From: Longimicrobiales bacterium
Lineage (GTDB): Bacteria > Gemmatimonadota > Gemmatimonadetes > Longimicrobiales > Gaopeijiaceae
Assembly: GCA_965248195.1 (NCBI GenBank)
Contig: CBDFIQ010000001.1
Coordinates: 352,001-416,000, forward strand
DNA length: 64,000 bases
Direction: 5' to 3'
A program made the translations under genes and the position numbers. The notes beneath the pieces are model-generated. The model searched no databases. It was not told the DNA's origin and saw only the letters and a program-made list of their open reading frames with translations. Below are positions 47,100 to 55,831 of the stretch, piece by piece (the first letter of the stretch is position 1; every line of letters starts with the position of its first letter).

Positions 47100-48007
47100 C
47101 GTGACTCCTCGTCGGGCGCTGCCTGGCGGACGCCATGGTGGCGATAGTTGAATTCGAGAGGCACGTCGATTCCCTGACGGCCGTGGCGGTTCTTTGCGAT
47201 CATGAGCCATGTGCGCCGCATGTGATCTTCATCCTCTTCCCGGGTGTGATCGAGCAGCCATACGAAGTGTGCGGCCCGCTCGAGCGCGGGGCAGGAGTCG
47301 AGTCCCTCAGCACGGGGCCGGACCTTAGGGAGAGAATTTCCGCGGTTCAGCTGGCTCGCCACGATGAGCAGCGACTTCGTGGCCTTCACGAACAGTTGCA
47401 GTTCTTTGGCCGCATCTTGGAGCTCGGCGAACTTCCGGGCGTCGCTACTCGCTGAGAGGATTTGGAAGTAATCGAGGCAAAACACTCGTACATCGTGAGC
47501 CGCATGGAGCTCGTACATCCATGCGAGAGCCGCCGCCGCATCTGGGATGTCGTCCGTGTGCTCGTTCGAGAAGAAGCGCCCGAGTGTGCCTCGCTCTCGG
47601 CCAGAGCGGATGGCCTCGGCTGCGGCTGCCGCTTTGCTGACGTCGTAGTGTCGGCCGGCCGTGATGGACCTCTGAGGGACCTGCGTGATGATCGAGTCGA
47701 TTGAAGGCGACGCTTCTTCGGCGTCGATCTCGAGTGTGAGGAAGCCGACTGCGACGCCCTGCATCACGATGTCCGCAGCCAGGTTCCAGAGCACTCGCGT
47801 CTTGTTGGAGCCGGTCCTGCCGCCGACCACGGCCAGGCGTCCTAGCGGGATGTTGCCGGGCGTGATCGACGTCACGCTGTCGCCGAGGTCCGGGATGAAA
47901 GAGGCGCAGACGTAATCGCGGCCGTGGTGCCTGCCCTCGCCGGCGGCAATCTTTCGCTTCTCCTGCCAAAATGGGGAGAGCAGGTCCAAGAATCTGAGTT
48001 CAGTCAT
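47087..48007 (-). CDS. DnaB-like helicase (C-terminal domain only)
   Basis: GGRTGSNKT, LDYFQ, ASQLNR, IAKNRHG. Confidence 0.82.
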   Translation of the reverse strand: MTELRFLDLLSPFWQEKRKIAAGEGRHHGRDYVCASFIPDLGDSVTSITPGNIPLGRLAVVGGRTGSNKTRVLWNLAADIVMQGVAVGFLTLEIDAEEASPSIDSIITQVPQRSITAGRHYDVSKAAAAAEAIRSGRERGTLGRFFSNEHTDDIPDAAAALAWMYELHAAHDVRVFCLDYFQILSASSDARKFAELQDAAKELQLFVKATKSLLIVASQLNRGNSLPKVRPRAEGLDSCPALERAAHFVWLLDHTREEDEDHMRRTWLMIAKNRHGRQGIDVPLEFNYRHHGVRQAAPDEESRWPT

Positions 48008-48903
48008 CGGCGGGCGTTCGCTCGCATCGCTTCCAGATGGGCGGTTTGGGATGGGCTGTGAGGGAGCGTGTTGTTGGGGTTGGGTTGAGATGCTCTTGCA
48101 CTGGCGGACCCACCGAAATCGGGCGCCTTGCTCAGCCACAAGCGGAACGACGCGTCCCAGTCGAGTTGAGTCCGGCCGTTCGCCTGGGCGTGCAATCGGA
48201 ATCGTTCGGCCTCGCTCTCCACGTCGACTCCGAGCTCCGACGCCTTCGTGGCGTGCGTCTCAGACGGCCCCCAATCGTCTGGCAATCGCCTTTTTCTTTT
48301 TGCCCCCCGATAGGGGGGTTTTTCTTTAGCAGTATTCCGTTCTTCCGTATTCCGTTCTTCCGTATTCCGTTCTTCCGTTCTTCCGTGATCGGGTAGGGGA
48401 TCGGGTATCCCCTTCGGAGGGGATGGGGGAGGGGATAGGTCCGGGAAAGGCCTGACGAGCTCGTAGTAATCCGCGAAGTCGTTGACAACCTTGAGTTTAG
48501 GCAAGCCGCAAAGGTGCTTCATTACATTCTTGCGGTGGTTGTCGTTCGTTAGCGTTCGGCTCGGCTCGAACTTCAGGGCGTTGCGCAGCCAGAAAACGTT
48601 GCGTTCACGCATCAGCCATCCCATTCGAGGGGGATTGGGTATCCCCTCCGGTATGGGATTGGGTATCCCCTCCGAAGGGGGTTCGCCTTTAAGCTCGAAG
48701 AGAGCGTTTCGGACGTCTTCGGGTGGCAGGTTCGTCGCCTCGGATAGGACCGCCTCCGCAGCCGGAATGACGTCGATCCCCGTGGCCCCAAGGCGCAGCT
48801 TCAGGTGGAACCAGACGAGTTGTGCAGCCGCGCTCATGTCCACGAACTCGGGGCTCTCCAGGAGCACCGTATGGATCGCCCGATAGTCGCCCCGCTCAGC
48901 CAT
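48004..48903 (-). CDS. Phage replication initiator-like protein
   Basis: N-terminal wHTH-like region, repeat-rich linker, C-terminal LPDDWGP...EAERF...DWDASFRLW; upstream of the helicase. Confidence 0.75.
   Translation of the reverse strand: MAERGDYRAIHTVLLESPEFVDMSAAAQLVWFHLKLRLGATGIDVIPAAEAVLSEATNLPPEDVRNALFELKGEPPSEGIPNPIPEGIPNPPRMGWLMRERNVFWLRNALKFEPSRTLTNDNHRKNVMKHLCGLPKLKVVNDFADYYELVRPFPDLSPPPSPPKGIPDPLPDHGRTEERNTEERNTEERNTAKEKPPYRGAKRKRRLPDDWGPSETHATKASELGVDVESEAERFRLHAQANGRTQLDWDASFRLWLSKAPDFGGSASARASQPNPNNTLPHSPSQTAHLEAMRANARR
48332..48376. repeat. 3 x 15-bp tandem repeat GTATTCCGTTCTTCC (EERNT)
   Basis: Exact copies at 48332, 48347, 48362. Confidence 0.9.
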
Positions 48904-49135
48904 CAACGGCCCGCCCTTTCTTGAGTATGGTGATTTCCCGGCACAGACAGCCGATGGCGAGCGCCAAAAGCAGGACGTCGCCACCGTCGCGGGCGCTGAT
49001 CTCGTGGACCAGCTCGTACGCCGTGTCCACGGCGCTGTGTACGTCAAAGTCCTGAGTCGCCAGGATCGCACTGACGCTCGGCGGCGTCAGATGGGCCAGG
49101 AACGGAACTGCGTTGTCGGGGAAAGGATCGCTCAT
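48896..49135 (-). CDS. Small protein downstream of the c4-like RNA
   Basis: ATG at 49135 with GGAG SD overlapping the b2 site. Confidence 0.55.
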   Translation of the reverse strand: MSDPFPDNAVPFLAHLTPPSVSAILATQDFDVHSAVDTAYELVHEISARDGGDVLLLALAIGCLCREITILKKGRAVDG

Positions 49136-49194
49136 GACGGTCGCTCCGTTGTCAGCTGTGACCGGAGCGACGACCGTGTTTAAGCGACCAGCGC

Positions 49195-49273
49195 CCCGGG
49201 GGTTAAACACCCTACAACGGCCGGGCCGGCGCTTTTTAGGCCGAAGCCCTGGACATGGGCGCCGCCCCCGGAG
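49195..49273 (-). ncRNA. c4/CI-type antisense RNA (P1/P4-like immunity locus)
   Basis: Closing stem CCGGGG/CCCCGG; contains b' GCCGTTGT and a' GTGTTTAA, complementary to a1/b1 (49317-49337) and a2/b2 (49146-49185); promoter TTGACG-17-CATGGT at 49375-49347. Confidence 0.75.
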
Positions 49274-49386
49274 CATAGACACGAAAAAGCCGCCAGGCTG
49301 TCGGGGGCGGTTGACCGCCGTTGTGGAGTGTTTAAGCTCCACGGTCACCATGGCCCCGTTGGCGCGCCTCGTCAAGTGTGGCGTTC

Positions 49387-49632
49387 TCATCTTGAGCCCC
49401 GTACCCGCGGATTCCGCGGCCGCAGGGGCCCCTCCGGCTCCTGCCACTCGCCACTCTCCAGCAGATCCAGCGCCCGCCCCGCGATCGCTTCGAAATGCCC
49501 TGCACGGTGCCTCAGATCCCGCTTCGCCTCTAGCCGCTCCATCAGTTCGTCATGCGTCCCGTGCGGACAGCCCGTCAGCGTCTGCCGCGCTATACGCTCC
49601 AGCTCGCGCGGTACGAGAGCCTGGTGGCTCAT
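49387..49632 (-). CDS. Phage hypothetical protein
   Basis: Coupled ORF in the early operon. Confidence 0.5.
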   Translation of the reverse strand: MSHQALVPRELERIARQTLTGCPHGTHDELMERLEAKRDLRHRAGHFEAIAGRALDLLESGEWQEPEGPLRPRNPRVRGSR

Positions 49633-49762
49633 TCACTCGCTCCCCTTCGGCAGCAACCGTAGCGCACCGCTTCCGGGTTGCAGCGACATCCGACGCGCTA
49701 CCAGCTCGGCCATCGTGACCACCTCGTTGGATTCATCGTCCCACACTTCCACATGGGTCATA

Positions 49763-50386
49763 TCACAGAGCCCCCACGAGCCTTGCAGCGTCAGCGACCA
49801 TCGAGAACTCCTCGTCGGTCCCCCCATAGTCCGGATGCGTGCGCTTCGCTGCCTTGCGGTACGCGGCTTTCGGATTGGACTGCACGTCCTCCAATGAGAG
49901 CCCCGACACACGAGCCAATACCGACTCCGGACTCTCCGCGGACGTCTTCGCCGGGATCTGTAGCCAGCCGGTGTACTGCTCGCCCGTCGTGGTGATGCCG
50001 TAGCGATCGAGCCGGAGGAGATCCTCGAGGCCCTTGGCGATGGCCCTGAGGTTCCCCTTCCACTCTGTGAAAGTGTCGCACGGGTACGAAAGCGGGCCGT
50101 GCTTCGAATCGAACGAGAGGATGATGCCCGGATGCTCAGGCGAGGCCGTCGCCTTGATCCAGCCATCTTTGCGGATGTGGCGACGCTCGACGGCCATCTG
50201 CAGCACGACGCTCTCGGCGTCGAGTTGCCAGAGCTCGTGATCCAGCAGAGACATTGTGGCGTCCCAGTCTACGCCCTGGACGGTGCTGCCCCTCCATCGG
50301 TCGCTCTGCTTCCGAAACGGATGCTGCCGGCGCTCCCCCGTCATCGGGCCCGGCCACCGCTCGATCGGTACGACTTTCCAGTCCAC
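49763..50386 (-). CDS. Phage J-domain protein
   Basis: C-terminal AYRKAAKRTHPDYGG; YPCDTF...NLRAIA...LDRYG. Confidence 0.85.
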   Translation of the reverse strand: MDWKVVPIERWPGPMTGERRQHPFRKQSDRWRGSTVQGVDWDATMSLLDHELWQLDAESVVLQMAVERRHIRKDGWIKATASPEHPGIILSFDSKHGPLSYPCDTFTEWKGNLRAIAKGLEDLLRLDRYGITTTGEQYTGWLQIPAKTSAESPESVLARVSGLSLEDVQSNPKAAYRKAAKRTHPDYGGTDEEFSMVADAARLVGAL

Positions 50387-50476
50387 TAGGCTCCCTTTTC
50401 TTTAGTCGGGTCCCGTATCTCGCCATCGACCACTTCGTATAGAGCTATCTGAGAGCGCCCGGGAACGTGGCCCACC

Positions 50477-51289
50477 TCAAACGCGCCGACACCAGTAATC
50501 GTGATCCTCGCAGTCGTCTTTTCCATTCACTCCTCCTCGGGGGCTGGTAGAGCACCCACAGCGGTATGGCCTCCAATGCCAATGGGGCTCGTCGTTGTTC
50601 TTCTCGGGCAGGTATTGGCCGTCCACCTTGTCGGGCCGTACCCACTTAGCGAGGAAGTCCACAGCGCCCTTACGCTCCACCCGGTAGACCGCGCCCTCCA
50701 CAACGTCTGCCCCGTGTTGGGACGGTTCGAGCGCCGCCTTCATGGCATCCAATGAGAGAGCACCACCTTCGTGAATCACATAAGGGCGCTGTAGTCCAGC
50801 TTGAGAGGTACGCCAGGCCAACTCAGCGACTGTGACACGCTTGGTTTCCCGCATGAGGTCGAAGACAACAAAGGGTGAGAACCCACCGTGTGCTGTGTCG
50901 TAGATAGTCCCATGGGCGAGGGCCATCCATTCGCCCACCAAACGTTCGCCCTCGTTGAGCAACCCGTTAAAGAGAGAAAGCCGTTCACGCACCCATATCG
51001 CGAAAAGGTGGTGCTGCTCGAATGGTGAGGTTGTTGCAGGATAACCCGCCCGCCCTAGCGCGTGGATTTGCCCGTCTACCTTCGCAACCGCACAGCAGGA
51101 CCCGTCTAGCTTCTCTTGAACAATGATTATGTCGTGGCGGTCACGGGTTAGCTCCAAACAGATACGAGCCTGGCCTTCATGCACATGGTGGTCGCTCGGA
51201 CCCAAGCGGCTCTGCGGAAGGTGACCGATGCTGCCATAGGACTTTCGACCTAACGGCTTGCTCGCTCTCTCACGTCCGGCTTCCATCAC
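50477..51289 (-). CDS. ATP-dependent RNA ligase family protein
   Basis: QEKLDGS (motif I), VGEW, FVVFDL, EGAVYR, AKWV. Confidence 0.8.
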   Translation of the reverse strand: MMEAGRERASKPLGRKSYGSIGHLPQSRLGPSDHHVHEGQARICLELTRDRHDIIIVQEKLDGSCCAVAKVDGQIHALGRAGYPATTSPFEQHHLFAIWVRERLSLFNGLLNEGERLVGEWMALAHGTIYDTAHGGFSPFVVFDLMRETKRVTVAELAWRTSQAGLQRPYVIHEGGALSLDAMKAALEPSQHGADVVEGAVYRVERKGAVDFLAKWVRPDKVDGQYLPEKNNDEPHWHWRPYRCGCSTSPRGGVNGKDDCEDHDYWCRRV

Positions 51290-51984
51290 TCACCCCCCGC
51301 AGATAGGCCGGTAAACTCGACGACCCACACCCACGGGTTCGTGTCCCACGAGTAGCCGCGCTTGTCGTTGAGGGAGTCCCAGAGCTCACGGAACCCGACG
51401 CCCGGTGGTTCAACCCAGCCAGAGTTCAGGCAGTCGGTGCAGCCGAGCCCGTCCGCGTAGCGGTGGTCACAGCCGACGCCTTCTATGCCTTCGGCAATGC
51501 AGTCAGACTCGGTGGCGTCCTGCACCCGCTCGACCCGGACGGCCGTCACCTCTAGCCAGATGCGGGAGAAGGCTTTCGGCATGTGGAATGATCGACGCCA
51601 CTTACCCCAATGCCCCCAGTGATCAGGCTTGATACCGTCCGCCTGATATTGGATGAACCCCTCGCAATCTTCACCGACGAAGTGGACGGATTCCTTTGGG
51701 GAGAGAACATCGTAGGCGTTCGTAATGCGCCACGTCTCCCGCACGTAGAGCAGGTCGCCGGGCTGAAATGGCAGCCTCACGTCGTGCCAGTCGTTGAGGT
51801 CGTCGTCAACCCGCCACCATGTGCAGATCCATCCCGGACCGATCTGGGGCTCCGTGAACCGCGCCGCTGGCTGGGGCCTCACCACCCTCCGCGTCTGGCT
51901 CTTCCGCCCGTCGAGGACCGCCCGGACCATCTCGGCGGACATCAGGATCGGGCGCTCACGCACTTCGACGGCACTCGCCATCAC
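51286..51984 (-). CDS. ASCH/PUA-like conserved phage protein
   Basis: ERPILMSAEMVRAVLDGRKSQTRR, LYVRETW, NPWVWVVEF. Confidence 0.85.
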   Translation of the reverse strand: MMASAVEVRERPILMSAEMVRAVLDGRKSQTRRVVRPQPAARFTEPQIGPGWICTWWRVDDDLNDWHDVRLPFQPGDLLYVRETWRITNAYDVLSPKESVHFVGEDCEGFIQYQADGIKPDHWGHWGKWRRSFHMPKAFSRIWLEVTAVRVERVQDATESDCIAEGIEGVGCDHRYADGLGCTDCLNSGWVEPPGVGFRELWDSLNDKRGYSWDTNPWVWVVEFTGLSAGGE

Positions 51985-52175
51985 TCACCCCCCAAATCAA
52001 GAGACAGCATCCAAAGGGCGTTCATTGGGACCAATACCGTCCCTGCCCGCAGGCCGTGATCTCCCCATAGCATCTCGAAGCGGGTCCCTCCATACGCTCT
52101 GACGAGCTGCATGATCTCCGCCGCGCTCTGCTCAGGCTCGACCGTGGTGGATTCGTACTTGATCGCCTGGCTCAC
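51981..52175 (-). CDS. Phage hypothetical protein, probably internally deleted
   Basis: YESTTVEPEQSAAEIMQLV...; only 64 aa; coupled at both ends. Confidence 0.45.
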   Translation of the reverse strand: MSQAIKYESTTVEPEQSAAEIMQLVRAYGGTRFEMLWGDHGLRAGTVLVPMNALWMLSLDLGGE

Positions 52176-52361
52176 GTGCTCACCTCCACGTCGGCCAGAA
52201 GCGGGGCGTCGCCGTGGATCCGGTCTATGAGCTCGCGGAAGCGGTCCGGGCCGGACCTACGCCAATGTGGGGCGTTGTGAAAACCGTTGACAAAGGTACC
52301 GACTTTCGGGACCGCTTCGGGCCTGGAACGACGCGATCCGCTACCTCCGCTACCGTGCGTA

Positions 52362-52706
52362 TTAGGCGTATCTGTGCGGTTTAACGGGTTCTGTGAGGTT
52401 TCTGGGGAGGAACTGGGGGTTCTTGGCGTCGTCGGAGAACGCTCTGCGCAGATGCGAGATCGCTCGAGAGAGCACGTCCTCGGTCGCGACGCCCCAGATG
52501 TCTCTCAGGAGCTCGTCTTTCCCCACTGGGTCACCGGGGTCGCGGGCGAGGCGGAGGAGCACCTTCATGACTTTGGGCTCGACGCGCGTCTCCCCGCCGG
52601 GCCCGCGGATCCGATTGAGCCGCGGATCCACCTCCCAGGTGCCAACCCGGAACGGCTGCGGTTTCGGCGCGGAAGCGCCGCCTGAGGACTCTAACTCGCG
52701 GTTCAT
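52362..52706 (-). pseudogene. CadC/OmpR-type winged-helix regulator, truncated at the prophage right end
   Basis: FRVGTWEVDP...VEPKVMKVL...LSRAISHLRRAFSDDAKNPQF, then the usual IETxxxxGY is missing. Confidence 0.75.
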
Positions 52707-52946
52707 CAAGGGGTTTACGACGCCAGAACAGCCGTTGTTGAAACGTTGAGGGGCTTCGTCAGAACTCCCTCGGTACACCCTCAGACTTCCTCCAGGGGTG
52801 CCGAGCATCCTCGCCGCTATAGTGGGGTCGCCACCGGCAATATGGCCGGTGGAACTCGGCTCTTCAAGAGCGAGGACACGTGCATCGGGTGCGGCGGCGC
52901 GGACACGTCACCAGAAAACGAGCCCCGTTAGGCGAGGAGAAAGAAG

Positions 52947-53633
52947 ATGAGAGAACTGACGCAACGGACGATCACCGTAAACTCCTCGGCCAGAGCCGAA
53001 TGGCTCGTGATTGCCCTGTTGATCGCGCTCAGCGCCCTCCCGGTCGGGGCCGGCGCCGTCCGCCTGGCCGGGCTTGCCAGCGGCGTGGAAATCACACCGG
53101 AAAACGCGCGGTTCTTCGCCGCCCCCCTGCCCGTGGTGCTGCATATTCTCAGCGTCTTCCCCTACTGCGTTCTGGGTGCTTTCCAATTCTCCCCCAGCAT
53201 ACGCCGCCGGAGACCCGGTTGGCACCGCGGTGCTGGACGACTGTTGGTTCCCCTCGGACTTGTCGCCGCACTTTCGGGTCTGTGGATGACGCAGTTCTAT
53301 CCCCCTGTCGACCACGACGGCCCACTTCTTTATGCCATCCGCATGGTGGCGGGCTCGGCGATGGTTTTGTTCATCTGCCTCGGTTTTGCCGCCATCCGCC
53401 ATCGGGACATCGCCCGGCACCGCGCCTGGATGATGCGTGGCTATGCGATCGGCCTCGGGGCCGGCACACAGGCGCTGACCCATCTGCCCTATTTCCTGTT
53501 CGAAGGCATACAGGGTGAGCTCAGCAGAGCGCTGGCTATGGGCGCGGGCTGGGCGATCAACCTCGCCGTGGCGGAATGGATCATCCGCAGAGGGCTGGCT
53601 CATCCAGTCCGCATTCTCGTTCAGGAGGCGTGA
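52947..53633 (+). CDS. DUF2306 membrane protein
   Basis: LHIL, WHRGAGR, HRAWMMRGYAIGLGAGTQ. Confidence 0.85.
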   Translation: MRELTQRTITVNSSARAEWLVIALLIALSALPVGAGAVRLAGLASGVEITPENARFFAAPLPVVLHILSVFPYCVLGAFQFSPSIRRRRPGWHRGAGRLLVPLGLVAALSGLWMTQFYPPVDHDGPLLYAIRMVAGSAMVLFICLGFAAIRHRDIARHRAWMMRGYAIGLGAGTQALTHLPYFLFEGIQGELSRALAMGAGWAINLAVAEWIIRRGLAHPVRILVQEA

Positions 53634-53820
53634 GACGCCGTCCTAGCTCCCCCAGTGACGCAGAGTCGCCGGTCCCCCCATCGTAGGTAGGTGACACCTC
53701 ATTCGCGAGGCCACACGTGTTGAACGATCTGTTGCCCCTCTGCTGCCGTTGATTGGGGATCCTCCGTGCTCCGGCGTGAGTATTCAGATAAGTCCTCAAC
53801 TCGGATCCAAGGAGGCGGCC

Positions 53821-54408
53821 ATGAGGCTCTCTCGTGCAGACTTCGTCCCGCTGCTGGCCATCGTAGCCGGTGGGGTGATCGGCGCGTCGTTTACGTTCGG
53901 AGCGCTAGTTTCCCGGTCGCCCGCCGACGATGTGCCCATGCGGTCGCCCGCCGACGATGTGCCCATGCGGTCGCCCGACCGAAAGTCGAGCGTGTTCGAC
54001 GAATGCGCCGACGACCGCGCGGTCCGCCTCCTCGGTTGGGTCGACAGGTGCCCTGACGTCCGCGTGGACGGCTTCGACGGGGAAGTGGATCTATCAGCCG
54101 CTCCCGTGTTCACGCCGATGACCGTCAGGCCGGAGATCAGAAACCGGAGTGAGGTCCAGACAGCCTTGATGAGGGAGTACCCCCCAATTCTTCGGGATGC
54201 CGGAATCGGTGGGACGGTGGTCGTGTGGTTCTTCATTACCGAAGACGGCGTAGTTCAGGACAAGAGGGTGTCTCGGAGTTCAGGTCAGGTGCAGTTCGAC
54301 GAGGCGGCCCTCGAGGTCGCAGACGTTTTCAGATTTTCGCCTGCTCTGAACCGGGACCACAGGGTCCAGGTTTGGATTGAGGTGCCGATTACTTTCCAGG
54401 TCCGGTAG
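53821..54408 (+). CDS. TonB C-terminal domain energy transducer
   Basis: YPPILRDAGIGGTVVVWF...SSG...FSPA; 27-bp tandem duplication at 53914-53967. Confidence 0.85.
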   Translation: MRLSRADFVPLLAIVAGGVIGASFTFGALVSRSPADDVPMRSPADDVPMRSPDRKSSVFDECADDRAVRLLGWVDRCPDVRVDGFDGEVDLSAAPVFTPMTVRPEIRNRSEVQTALMREYPPILRDAGIGGTVVVWFFITEDGVVQDKRVSRSSGQVQFDEAALEVADVFRFSPALNRDHRVQVWIEVPITFQVR

Positions 54409-54501
54409 CGGCTGCGCGCGAGTTCGGTAGGAACCAGATGCCGACGGGGTAGCGCAGCCGCTACACCCCTCCGGCGGTCGTCGTCTGATACGGAGGACCA
54501 C

Positions 54502-54840
54502 ATGAGTGCGCGGGTCCCACTAGCGAGGCGGGTCATAGCCGCACTCCTTCTGGTGCTGCTAAACGCATGTTATAGCTGGCGCACCACAACGATCGGCCCA
54601 GCGCAACTCATTGCTGAAGAGGAGCCGTCGGTTGTTCGGGTCACGCTGACGGACGGAAGGCAACTGACCTTGCGCGATCCGACCATCCGAAACGACTCCC
54701 TTGTTCACGAGAATGGTAGGGCGCGGGTAGTCCTCTCTGATGTCAGCGCGGTCGAGATCTGGCACTTCAGTGTAGCGAAGACCATCGGGATCATTATTCC
54801 TTTTCTCTTCGCGCCGCCCCTGATTGAGGGAGCCAGGTAG
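54502..54840 (+). CDS. Lipoprotein
   Basis: GGAGG SD; LLNAC lipobox. Confidence 0.7.
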   Translation: MSARVPLARRVIAALLLVLLNACYSWRTTTIGPAQLIAEEEPSVVRVTLTDGRQLTLRDPTIRNDSLVHENGRARVVLSDVSAVEIWHFSVAKTIGIIIPFLFAPPLIEGAR

Positions 54841-55064
54841 AGGTAGAGCCTACGCGGACGCCTGAAATGGGTCATCCACGGGTACGATTCGACGAGCTGA
54901 CGGAGGCGGCGGGCGGCGCCAACCCTCAGCTCGTAGCCCATAGCTCACAGCTCATCTGGCGGGTACAAAGAATTCGTCTCATCTTGCTGACGCGGGCGGG
55001 CAAGCCACGGTTCGCTCCTTCGTTTACGCACTGAGTTGAGTTTGACGCTCAGCAGGAGGTTGTC

Positions 55065-55716
55065 ATGAGATTCTCGACTGGTCTGGCTCTTTTGGTGGCA
55101 GTTGGCGTCGTTGCGACCAGCGACCCAGCCGTTGCACAGGAGAGCGCATCACACCGACATATGGGACACGTTTCGGATGGGTTCCGAGGCACTCCGGAGG
55201 GCCAGGGGTTGCTTCCGACTGCCGCCGCTGAGGCGCAGGTCGCTGCCACACACGCGGGCCTGGCTCTGCGGAACCCCGACGACCTGGGCGCGATTCAGCG
55301 GCACATCGGGCATGTCATGAATGCGATCGATCCCACTGTGGAGGAGTCCGGTCCGGGAAACGGGTACGGTCTGGTCCAGGCTGCCCAAGGCGTGGCGAGG
55401 CACATCGGCCTCGCGGCCAACTCCGATGGCGCGTCGGACAACATCAAGACCCACGCAAACCACGTGTCGACGGCTGCGAACAACGTTGTGGCGTGGGGCC
55501 AGCATGTGCTGGAACTCGGCGAGCAGGTCAAGAACGCCGAGTCGGCTGGCGCCGCCGCAGAACTCGCGCAGGAAATTCAGACGGCCATTCAAGCCATCGT
55601 CGATGGGACCGACGCGGATGGAAACGGTCGCACCAGCTGGAGCGAAGGGGAGGGGGGGGCTGGCTCAAGGCGAGCAGCACATGGGTCTCATGAAGCGGGG
55701 TGAGGGAATGAACTGA
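55065..55716 (+). CDS. Secreted His-rich helical protein; apparent +1 frameshift in the G8 tract near the 3' end
   Basis: Signal peptide; G8 at 55652-55659; removing one G gives GEGGLAQGEQHMGLMKRGEGMN*. Confidence 0.7.
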
Positions 55717-55831
55717 GTGGGCTTTGAGCTGTGAGCCGTGAGCTAGTGATGCCTTGGCGATGGCGGTGCGCCGAGGCACTACCTGTCATTTGGGGCGTTC
55801 GGCGGGTCTGTACGACAAGGAGGAAACGATC

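Larger units (their letters stand above)
6107..52414. mobile_element. Lambdoid prophage, defective (tail deleted, IS-invaded)
   Basis: Integrase/xis, cro/cI, RecT/RecE, rep/DnaB, terminase GpA, lambda portal, capsid, endolysin; boundaries inferred from truncated host genes on both sides. Confidence 0.9.

Noticed and set aside
37440..48376. Short tandem repeats (37440, 48332) as CRISPR arrays
   Set aside because: 15-bp units with no spacers; no cas genes in the window
48896..49447. 183-aa Ash-like ORF as a real full-length protein
   Set aside because: Its 5' part coincides with the c4-type RNA elements; a better start with an SD exists at 49135
6107..52414. Amber recoding (TAG reassigned) in the prophage
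   Set aside because: Only one gene shows an internal TAG; other phage genes end normally at TAG, structural genes are uninterrupted, and no suppressor tRNA was seen
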